Below are positions 10,395 to 22,300 of a DNA stretch of 64,000 nucleotides, piece after piece (position 1 is the first letter of the stretch; every line of letters begins with the position of its first letter). Under the pieces are notes generated by a model. It was given only the letters and a program-made list of their open reading frames with translations. It was not told the origin of the DNA and searched no databases. Position numbers and translations under genes: made by a program. Source of the stretch: Lepidodermella squamata (Eukaryota; Animalia; Gastrotricha); NCBI GenBank assembly GCA_047495785.1, contig JBLDXI010000001.1, positions 3,658,001 to 3,722,000 of the forward strand. Direction: 5' to 3'.

Positions 10395-13300
10395 TCATTC
10401 GCCCTCTATCAAATGGGCCTGGATCTCAGGCGCCGGGGCCAAGTGAAGGTAAGTTATCGGTTTTTCTTTCACGGCAACGAACGTCTTGATATCGCCCTTG
10501 CCGCTCATCGCTATCGTGGCCGATTCTTCGAAATCAAACCGCTCGTGCAGCAACTCAGCCGCAGCTTCGCTCACCTGAATCACGCATTCGTCGTCGCCGG
10601 ATGACGCTAGAGAATTGATAGAAATCATTAACAATTATGTCGATTTTTTTTCTAAAAACTAAAATTCTAGGTTTATGACAGTTAACAAGTGAAAAGTGGG
10701 GTTTGGTGAATTTCTAAATTTTGAACAAAATCTCAAAAAGAGCACAAATCTAAAATTTCAAAAATAGCAACACATTTTTCACGGAATCCCGAGTAACAAA
10801 TGTTCTAAATCTATTCGTTTTGTTACGAGATGGGTATAACCTCGTATAATGTTTGAAATGGCCATTTACGTAACGTGGGGCTGTTACATGTTATTGGACA
10901 TTTCCGTTAGATATCTTAGTACAACATCTACACCATTTCGCACCAAGTTCGCGCGTTTCAACAATTGAATGAGAGTCGTGACCTTTTCGTACACGTGTAA
11001 TTAGCGCGAGGCATAGATGATCAATTCGTCCTGAACGTTACTTCAGTAGTATAGCGTTTAAACTGAAATGATTTGTAATATCTGCTCCAAAACCTTCAAC
11101 AGTGAAGCTGGGTTGAAAATTCACAATTCGAAGATGCACGCGACAAGAAAGCCAACCATTGATGAGTGTAGCTTTATTAAATTTATTCGACTTTTCTATC
11201 CGATTTTTCGCGGAGCGGCGCCGCCGGAATCAGTTGTAGAATCGGCCAGTCAGTGCATCGCGCCATGCAAACGGCCGCAAGCTGCGCCGTCTGAAAGCTT
11301 AGAATCAAAGGTGCTTGGGAGAAGTCCTGACAGCAAGTTAATTCGGCTGGTCCGGATGCAGCGCCCGCTTTATGACGACAAGCATGCGGCAGGACCTCGA
11401 AGAAGTAGCCGCTCTTTGGCAGTGGATCGGCGATCAAGTGTTCTTGAGAGCGGAAGATGCAAAATCGACATGGCATAGTTTGAGCGCCAACTTTTGCGAA
11501 GTGAGACTTCGAAAGTCCAAGGTGTTTTTATCAATTTTAAAAAATTCAGAAAAATATTTCCAATTTTTGGAATACTAAATGAAAATTATCAACAATTTTT
11601 GCAATTTTTTTTATTGAAAAATCTTAATTATTTTGGCGATTTATGTTATTTTTAAGGTACTTTAAATGTATTCAAGCCGAGCGCCTGAAGGGGCGCTAGA
11701 AAAATGACAGGGACTGCTGAACCGCCGACTGACGTGGACGAATCTTAACGGCGAGATACGCTACGCGATCGCGCGTACGATTGGAGACCATTCGACCTTT
11801 ATCATCAACGATAACTACTCGGCAACGAAATGCTGGAACGGCGTGAAAGCTGCCCTTCGCTCGATCGCTCGCTCGGGGTTGTCCAATCGTTGGTGGCCTA
11901 TTGCGACCTAAAACAGTCTTCCGTCTCGGAAATTCGCCTGACGCACACATGGCTCGCTTCATCAAAGTTTCGAACGAGTTGAAGTCCCAGCAGGGCGGTG
12001 ATTCGTTTGCTAACCAGGAAATTCCGGCAAAAATGTGTTTTGCTACTCTGCCGATCGAAACGGAGAGCTGCAAGAACTTTGCTTCTAATTATTTGAAGGA
12101 TAATACGATGTTAATTCTCGTTAATATCTTCACTAGCTTTAGGTTGGAGTACGCCATCCAGACAGCTGCTCGCAACGAAGCCTTGCCTCCGAATGTGGCA
12201 CTGGTCGTCGTTAACCCGATATTTTTGTTGATGGTTTTCCCAAGTTTTTGCCTTATAAGCTTAGGTCTAGTTATCGCCCGCCGGAGTCGACGCGTCCGTC
12301 CGCGCCGAAGCGACTGCGGTTCCTGAGCCCACTTTTGGGAACTCTCAAGGGTGCCATGGCAGGTCAACTAAATTCTAAACAAATATTCACTGATTCAGCG
12401 TAAATTTCTGCCGGAGCCGTAGTGTTCAATCCTGAAATTATGCTTTGCCTCAAATCTAAAAATTATTCGATTTAATCTAAAATTATTCGAAAAATTTACT
12501 CAGCACATATTTCGAGTGTGGTTTTGCAAAATGTAAATTTTGTTTTAACAGTATTTATTTTTACCTCCAGAGCCGCCCAGACTCATTTTACTCGCGAAAT
12601 TGACCGTATCGCCCCAGACGTCGTAGTGCAGGAGGGTGGATCCTAGGATGCCCGACACCAAATCGCCCGTGTCAAAGCCGATGCGCATGCGGAATTTGAA
12701 CGTTTTCGACTTGTTGAAATTGCGCATAACCTCGCATAGTTCAAAACAGAACGCCATCAGCGCGTAGAGATGCGCCGTTTTTTCGCGCTGCATCGTGCGA
12801 AAATGCGCGTCGAGCCCGGCGGCGCACAGCAGCGACGGCACGCTGGTTTTAACTTTTTCAACGTCTTTGAACCGCCGCCGGCTTAGTAGCGCTTCGAATT
12901 CGGAGAAAATCTGGTTGAGCACGTGCAGGTAGGCGTCGCGGCCGCTGAAACTTTCCTCGTAGTAGTCGGCGAAGTTGACGATTCGAACGACGATAACGCC
13001 GCAGTTTGGGTGGTGCTGGTAGTAGACCTGTTGCTTGCTGAACCGGTCGAGAATGTGCAGCGGCACGACATAGCCCTAAAATTCAATAAAAATCATTAGA
13101 ATTATAGAAATTACATTTTCCCATGAAAATAATTTTGGAAGCTACAGAATTTTAAAAATTATCGAAGAAATTTCCGAATGATTCTATAATTGATTGAATT
13201 TTTAACATTCCGAGTGGAGAGTACTTGAATAAGTACGCGTTTTTTTATATTCGTACTTGAAATCAGATCTCACATCTAGAAAGCTGAGATAACTTGGCCT

Positions 13301-16300
13301 TCTCAAATTTGCTAACAAAATCAGGAGTCTTTCCTCAATTTTCATAAAGCTCGATCTAAGGTTCGGGACCTTTTAGGCTCGGGTTCCTGAGCTTTCCAAC
13401 CCTGTTTCATGTTTTTGTCAGAAAATTTGATACGCCGAGATATCTCAGCTTTGAAAGGAGGGTTTCGAGGTACGAATATACAAGAATTCCAAAAGAAGTT
13501 ATTAATCCATTTTCAACTTTACTCAGTAAAATCCAAATTTTCCGTGTTCTTTTCTAGCTGTTGAATACCTAGATTTAGTTGACAATTTCATTTGGGCCAG
13601 AGTGCCGCGAATTTCAATTAAAGCCATTTTTGGTACAAAATGGCTTGGATTATTTGTAGCGTTCTTGTGTCAAGAAGGCTCAAAATGTGGTAAATCCATA
13701 GCATAGCTACCAGGTAGCTAAAATGCATTTCAAGGGTCAAGGAGAGCACCAGTCGAGGTTCCAGTGCTGGAAGCTCGATTTTAGTGGTGCAGCTATTTCG
13801 CCAAATGATTTCGCAATTGCAAATATATCCGTTATTTAATTGGCTCGATCAAGCTATGCAAATTTATACGAAATTTGAGGATTTTTAAACGATTTTTCCC
13901 GATTCGTTTTTTCAATTGAAACTTCATAAAGCGGTGAGAAGTACTTACGAGTAAGTCATCGTTGCGCTTCTGAGCTCGTTGAACGGCGCATTCGATGAGG
14001 CGTTTTTCGGCGGCCGCGTAAATCGTCAGCCGGGTCGCCAGTTCGCCCCGTCTCGCCACCACGGTGACCACGACTATTAGGGCGCCGAGACTGACGCCGA
14101 TCTCGGCCAGGGCATGGGAAGAGCTGAATAGGCTGTTTTTATCACACGAATTTAACGCCAGCAGCAGTAAGGCGGCTAATGAGGTTAGAACGGCGAGGCC
14201 GCATCGGATGTAGTAAGGAATTTGCGAGAACAATACGAAATGCAGCAGGCTTAGATTGATAATGGCGAGGTAAATGAACTGGTACGCCGGTTCGGGTGGT
14301 CCCTAATTAAAACACAAAATTGAAAAAATATTACTCGAACAATATTTCTATCCAGGCCTCTTCAAAGGAGTGGAATCATTGATTAAAAAAATCAGTTTTC
14401 GTAATAAGGTGATCATCACTGGTGCCAAAATTTCAAACTACTTAACAGTGTGTCGAAATAATATTTTAGTGTCAATTCTTCAAAATATGATCGAAAATCA
14501 ATCGAAATAAGCGGGTATCCCCTGATTCTCAATGTTTTCTATGCATAAAGGAGGAAACTTTTTTGAATGAAAATAAAAACGTAACTATTTTCACGCCATG
14601 GAAAATTAATCGCAACTGCGGCCTTGTGCGTGTAAAGGACCTTGGCCTTACAGTGATCTACAACATGGACGAATCTGTGAATTTGGCGGTGAAAATGCTG
14701 GCTGCTCTGGCTTACGTTCCCGAACAAGACGTCCTCCCTCCTTTCAAGCGCTCGACGAGCATCTTGGCGCGTCAGGCCTCCTACAGCGCGTGCCCAAACT
14801 CGGTCAGCTTTACCAGTCATTCCGCAACACCGATGTGGGATGGACTGAGAACGGAGTTTCTTTTAAGGTTGCGAGTCGTCGCACCAAGAGTTTAATCATT
14901 TTTTGGAAATTTTCGAAAGCGGAACAATCTTATCATTTTTATGACTCATATTTCAAACCATTTCAGTCTACGATATCTCATCGACTTTTTTGTAGCAAAT
15001 TTCTGTTTATTACGATTTGACTCTAGTCCAAGAGTTTCGACGAATTGAGTTTCGAGAAAAGATCGACGAATTGACCACCCAAGTCAAGAAGAATACTACT
15101 TCGAGGAAATGAAGCAATACTCCGACGAGCAATAGAACTCGACTGCTGTTCGAGCTGCTGCCTTCAAGGAATCATTCGACACCCGATCGTCGATGAGGGC
15201 ACAGACTTCTCAATGGCAACGATTTCGCAAGTATCTAGAGTTGCATCCGAAACTGGTGTACCCGAGCTCGTCCGAAATCACGAAGGACAGCCTCAAGGTC
15301 TGGTTGAACTCGTTTTTTCTCGACCTGTCTCGGCAGAATGGAGAGTCCGGATGCGCGAAGGGCGGGCGGTCTTTCAAGCAAACCATCTTAGCAAGAACAG
15401 CCGCGACAAATTGCTGTCGCATCTGGCGGAGCAGAGCAAAACGAAGCTCAACATTCGCATCGACGACAAGGTGAGCAACCATTCAGCTCGAAAGTTGCCC
15501 TGAGCTCTTCTTCGCCGGCTGGGCTACGACAATATCCAAATCAGCCTGCACCTGGGCCACTCGAACCCGGCTTCGCTGCTCAGTTATGACAGCAGCAATG
15601 ACGCCAAGATAAGTGAGGATTTAAGCTCAATTTTCGACAGTGGCAAAAAGCGTTGCTCACCATCGACGAGTAAAGAAGATGCTGAAGACGAGCACCAGCC
15701 CAATCGGGTTTCCAAGCCGACGCCGAAAATTGTTATCACCCAGCCCGCTAAATCGTGACTTGGTTTTAATTAATTTACGACCATGCACCATGTGACCCTC
15801 GTTAATTTCTGACTCCATGTCTTAATAGCTATTTTTAGCAAAACTACGTCAAATAGCTTTTATCCGCGAAAATCGAACTGAAAAATCGATAAATCAGGTA
15901 CAAATTATGAAAATATATGATTTTTAGATTATTTTTGACAAATATTTTGGATCAAAACTTGCCGACAAGTTCGAATTTCATCGTTTGAATTTTTGATGAA
16001 TTTTGAAAAGCTTGGATTGTTCGTTGATCTGGTGCTAATAGATGTAATCGTTGACTTCAACCCCGTGCTCGGAATTATTCCAATTTTCAAACTAAATTCT
16101 GACAAATTTCTTTCAAAATTCCAATTTTTTCAAATTAATCGTGAAATTCCAGAAAATTCGAAAAATGCTTGAATTTTTTTTTAAATTTGGTTACGCATGG
16201 AAAAATATGAAAAATGAAGGTATAATTTACCGAATCTTGTTTCGCACCAGTGACAAGACACGAAAACGAACAAACAGAAATGAGGGCAGGAAACGCAGTA

Positions 16301-19300
16301 AAAAGGCATCCGAGCAATATTTGAATGGCGCGAAAGCCGCGGTGAAGCGCCGGGGTCGACATCACGCCGGGCAGGCTAGGAAAAATGAGCAGCAACAGGC
16401 CGACTACGAAATACGCCGCGCCACTCGCGACCACGTACCAGTCGGCCAGAGGGCGAAGGGTGATGATAGCGACAGTTAGGACGATTGTCGTGACTACAAA
16501 CGCGACCACATTATCGCCGTATAGAATCCAATCGGGGAAAACAGGCAGGGTGAGTTGGCATTTGTGGTCGAATGTGTCCGTTGGAATGTTGCAATTTGCA
16601 GCGTCTTCGGCTGCTGACTTCGGTAATTTGAAGTTCATAAGGCCGTCCGCCGCGTAGAATTCGAGCAAGGATGAGGATTTGAACAGCGATGACGAGCCGG
16701 CTTTGAAGCGTTCATACGCTAATCGAGTGTTGTATTGAGATTCGACGATAGGGTTTTTGTAGCACAGCGTCAATGAATTGACAAACGGGCTGTAAAACAA
16801 GGAAAAATCGATTATTTCATTTGTTTAGATCAAGAGCTGTTTAAATTAGGTATGATTTGCCAAGGTATGCCAAGGCCAAATCTTTGCTGAAAATATTGGC
16901 TCGACTCTAAAAGTTATTCGTTATTTTTTAATTATTGATAATTAATTTTTCTGATATCCAAATTTCCTCAATGTTCCTTCAAGTTTTTTCAATTAGTTCT
17001 TTCACTCACATATTTAACATTTTCCTTTGAAATCGGTCATGAACGACTTCAAGAAGCAAAAGAGATTGCAGAGCCTGGTCACATTTTTAGCAGAAAAAAA
17101 AGTTCACCTAAAAATTTGCCTTCAAGGTTCCCAGGAATTTCTTGATTAATTTCAAGTCGAATAAACCAACATTAAATTATGCTTGATTTTCGATATGAAG
17201 GCTGATCACCGCTTATATTCTGATTCGTCATCAATTTTCGGAATACAGCTTCATCAAGTCTACAGCTATGACTTCAAGTAAAAAAGACGTCCTAGCCTCG
17301 TTCCTAGCTAATTAGGACAATAATGCGATGACGTCAATCGGCAAGTTATTTTATTTTAAGAAGAACACATCGACTGGTGCGTTTCCACTTTGCGCACGAC
17401 TCCAAGAAATGAAAAAGTAAGAATGTTTTTGACTTTGACGTCAATCTCAAGGCGGCTCGATTTCCTGTGACACAAAAAGCGACTGCAGGAGGCGTTTCAT
17501 CGAGATTAGGTGTGCGGAAAAGACACACCAACGCACTAGTTTACGCGGATACCCGGGGGCGGCATCCAGCACCATCAACTAGCCTATATAAAGGCCCCTA
17601 AATTACTGCGAAGGCACATGTCACCTAACCTTTTCTGACAACTGCGCAGTTTCAAAATAAAGCAGGAACACACTTGTAAACATAGCTGAAAACAGTCCTT
17701 GTAACAGTGGAGTTCACTTTGATTTATTTGCTTAAATTAGTCAGTTATCTTATCAATAAGTATATAAAACGAGCCGCACTTTGTGGGATCTCGAAGTTTG
17801 CACAAGCCCTTCAGCAGGTGTGCACGCATCATAACACGTTTGTTCATTACCGAATCAGATTTACCGTTACCACGGTACGTGAGCATGAGTGCTACCATGG
17901 AACGAGCTAATCACGAAACTAATCGTTTCAATGGGAAATTAATGAATCTTATCATTATCTATCTTCATATATCGGCTGATATCAAACTGATATCAAAGCT
18001 GCCGCTACAAGGCGCAACAACCGTTACCTGTCTGAAGCGACATTTTGATTGCCGGTTGCGCAATCAAAGCGTGAGAGAAAGATACAACCGCCCTTTTCGG
18101 TGCCATAAACGCGCCAACGGCAGTTTCACCGTTTTAAGCGCTCCGGATCGTTTGCTGAAATCCGGCGCGGGCCCGTACTTTATGGACCACCTGACTGGCT
18201 ATCCAACGATAGACATTATCAAGGCAACGAATGAGCCGAGGACCGCATTGAAGGTGGAGTTGCAGTCGACGAAAGTTGACGCGACCACGTTCCGTGACAA
18301 ACATAGGCGCAAGTGAAGCGCGAACGCCGACGTCAATCGATTTCTTTCATGTTTGCCGAAACCGAAGGCTGTTTGCTGAATACATGGCAAATATTAGCCT
18401 TCACGCCTACAATCGAATTATCACCAATTAGCGACATTGCCGATGGCACTTTCTCGGCCAAGATTGCTACTCCGGTTGCGAATTACGATGAACGCGGAAG
18501 CAATAACTACCAATTAGCGGTGCTGATTGATCCGGAGGTGGGCAAACAACATCTCCTCTAGGCCTATATAAAGGCCTCAGTTCAATCGTCAGAAGGCGGC
18601 AGTTGTGGTGGCGCCACAGCCTCTGCATAGCTACACAGGTCCTCTAACGAGCGAGGCTCGATTCCCGGCGACAGCATTCATAGCAGGGAAAATCGAACTG
18701 GATGAGCGTCGTATCGATCATCCACTCGTTTTGAGGCCTGCGGTCGAACAAGCTGCCAAAAAATTGGCTCCGCTTCGCGTGTAATGGGCGGAAGAGCTGC
18801 GAACACACGGCCTCGGTTTGTAATTTGGATAGCAATCACATGCTTACCGCCCCATACAACGGCGATAGGTGAAGAATCTCTACGCGAACGTCAAAGGCGT
18901 CGCGAATTCATTCTGCGCGACTACACAACCTTTAACTCTGAGCCTACTATCGTATGAAGTCGTGCCAAGGCTCATCTGGAGGCTCTTTTACGAAATTCGG
19001 ACAAAGTTACATCTGTGCCTTGCTTCCAAAGTGCTAAGCATGCTAATCGTGAGATGCGAATTTATTTCCGCCCATATTGCTTGCCACTGGCTCAATAGCT
19101 AACACAACGATCAATCAAATCGGCGTCGAGCGATCATTGCACGCGCAATCCTCTCCATATATGGAAATCGATCTGCTCTCACAACGATCACTCTCCTAAT
19201 ATGGACATCACAGCAATCGAACGTTTCCTTATATGGATATCAATAAAGAGTCGATCAGGTCGAATGATGAACTGGTGCTATAAATACGCCATGCTTGCGA

Positions 19301-22300
19301 GTAACCGATGCGCATTTCCAGCATAGCGGGTCTGAATGAATTCGGCCCATGGCTTATTTCAAAAAAAATCCATGATTCCGGTAAAGAAGATTTAAATTTA
19401 CCGAAAAATCATAAATGGTTCGGTAATTTTTCATTTTCTTCCGGTTTCAACAGGATTTTTCGATTTCTTTGCATAGTTACATGCAGTTTTGCGTAGTTGA
19501 TGGCTAGGTCAAAACCATGGCCGCAGTCGAGCGCCAAAGTGAAAATAAAGCGCGCAAGGTGCGATTGTCCAGGCTCGTACTAATTATTCGCAAGCAATTT
19601 TGCTTGCCCGGGCAACGTCTGGACTGTTGACGCCAATCAGACTGGTTACGCCCGAGTTGATAACTTAATTCATTTAGTCATTAGTGGTAGGATATAAGCC
19701 CTAAGGAAATCCGGAGTAAACACTCTTCAAAAAATAGCAAGTTAGTTTCAAGTCAATCTTCAATGACCAAGCAGCGACAGTTTTCAACGAATTCGAAGCG
19801 TGAGTTCAACGTCATATTTCTCATTAATAAATTTCGTCAATGGCTGGTTCAAAGTAGCGGAACCGTTTCCCAGTGAGCCATGCGGCCTAAACTAGGAAAA
19901 CATCTGCGCATTTTCCAGGTTTTGCGCCAGATTTGGCAGTTCCGCTAATTGGAACGCTGGCACGGCCGTTCGGATTGCGAAACCACTGCCAATGGAACGG
20001 ACTGAGCTCCGAACCGGAGAAGAAGCTGCTCCTCAAGCGAGACCTAGGCAATAATCGCCTAGTTAGATCGTTTAGAAGGAGCAGAATTAATTGTCTCCAT
20101 TATTTCATTAGAGGAGAAGCGGCATTACGCACCTTTTAACTTCCAAAGATTACTGGCGCTATCCAAACGCTGCACGGCCATTGCTTTGGTAATGACTATA
20201 TAACTGACATACACCCTACTCGCAACGGCATATAAACATTCAAGACCGATCATTTATAGTCCCTGTTTCATGGATTTATTGCGTTAGGCCATGCCTTGAT
20301 TATTAGGGTGCTGTTATTCGTACGTAAATGTGTACAGCATTTTTGCTGTTCCTGCATAAATATACACTAATACGTACGAATAGTCACTATATATTAATCA
20401 TTCTGTTATAGCGATCAAGTATCACAAAAAATAAATATTATCATTATCGCGATGCAATAGAAAACCGTCATGTTAATTAGCGCTAGGTTGCCAGCAATAA
20501 GTTTATTTATGATCATTTATGATCGATATTTATGATCAATTTTCGTTGACATTTCCACTGGCGGAAATAAATCAACTTGATTGGTTGACATTGATAGATA
20601 CCAGCCCCAAAATTCACGCCACGCCAGGAATATTAATCGGCTTTACAGGTTTTCAATGGCTATTCTTCATAAATTCCTATTCACCAAAATTTCGCGCGAA
20701 ATAATTCGCAGATTTCAAATTAAAATTTCGCGCACTTTTTCTACGCGCGGTAAATTGCATAAGCGTCGAATGATCTCGCTCTTTTTTCCTAGTTACGCAG
20801 TTAGCGAAAAAGCGACAAAATACTCCTGAAATATATGGTTGATACACAAGATAATAGCCGTCTAATTAATGACTAATGAATAATGTCACGCATATTCGCG
20901 AGAAATTCATGATAATTAGCCGACGCGCGGGTGCAGTTAGCTCGGTGTCATTTTATTGCTAATAGCCATCATTAGCTGCTGAGATACTTGCGATTAAAAC
21001 TTATTTCTTAATTTTATACCAGTCTCATCATATATTTATGTCATGGCAGGTTTTAGAGAGAGTCGCCCATAAACCACGCTACCACCCATAAAACTCAAGA
21101 GATGTTCCCACGTTTTTTGTGCACTCTACCGCACGAAGTCGGCGCCTTTTGCTGCGCAATTTCCAGGCGCGGTTCACACGCGCACGCTATTTCGCGCAAT
21201 TACGCTAATTCACTAGTTCGCCGCACCTGGGCTGGTGGCGGCGCGTAGTCGAGCCAAAGAAAAACGCGCGCGCAATATCAGCTTGCTAAGCGCTCAAGAT
21301 GGTCAAAAGATACGTCGGTTTTGATCGGCGAAAAATGAGACAGGTGGGTGAAATTTCGCTCATGGGCGTAAGTTAATCGGTAATTTCACGGCATCTTAGC
21401 GCCGCCTTAATAAATCTCCTCTACCAGCAGCGTCAAATGTGATACCAGGCATCAATAGCGCTATCAATTACTCCGTGATTTTCTTGACTTCTTCATCTCT
21501 AACAGGTGGTTTTTAACCTCTTTATCCTGACAGAAAATCTTGTAATATTTTACAATAACTATCAAAATTTCACGTTTTAACATGATAAATGCAATAATTT
21601 TCTCGCTACCGTTACGTCATATTGGCGCCTTTGAAAGCAAATGAGATGCCGAAATCGCATTTGTTGATATAGGCGAGATTTTAATCAATGGCGCGGCCAG
21701 TTTGTTGGCGAAAATAATATCGCATGGGCCTCATTCGAAAATTATATTATCAAAGTACACTTCAACATTTCAACTTGGCGCCAAGACAGAAGAGGCAGAA
21801 CTGCAAGTCTTCGTTTGATAAGGCAGGTTTTGGCAATAGCAGCGACGTTTTAGTCGCTGATAGCTTGTAGAGAATCGAGCGGGTAATCAGCCGTCATGCG
21901 ATTTACCCGCTTGCGTAATTCCGTTCACGCATAAAGCGCGCGCAAAATCTGCCAAAATGTCGCGTTTTGGACAATTATCGCGATTTTCACGGCAGATTTT
22001 GGCGACTTTTGACGTTATGAGAAAAAGCCGGCTATCCGCCGCTGAAAATTACGCGGAATAATAACGTTTTGAAAACTCGGCATGAAGCATGAAATTTGTT
22101 TATAACCCGGAAGTAATAGATGTTGAGCAGCTGAAAAGAACAATGCGGTCTTGTATCAGGCGCTCTGATGTATCACGATGAAATGTCACAACTAGGAGCG
22201 TACGTGAGTGCGTGGGAATGTGCGGTTGCCGCGAGGCTTTCAAAATGCGACAGAGATTGCGCTTTTGGGGCGATTCAATTGGCCGCGCACTTATGACTAA

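Noticed and set aside
15501-15503. In-frame TGA as selenocysteine or readthrough
   Set aside because: Explained by a compensating indel pair in a deleted, dead element
17783-18561. 177-aa and 82-aa ORFs downstream of the first TATA
   Set aside because: No recognisable motifs, codon bias or splice pattern
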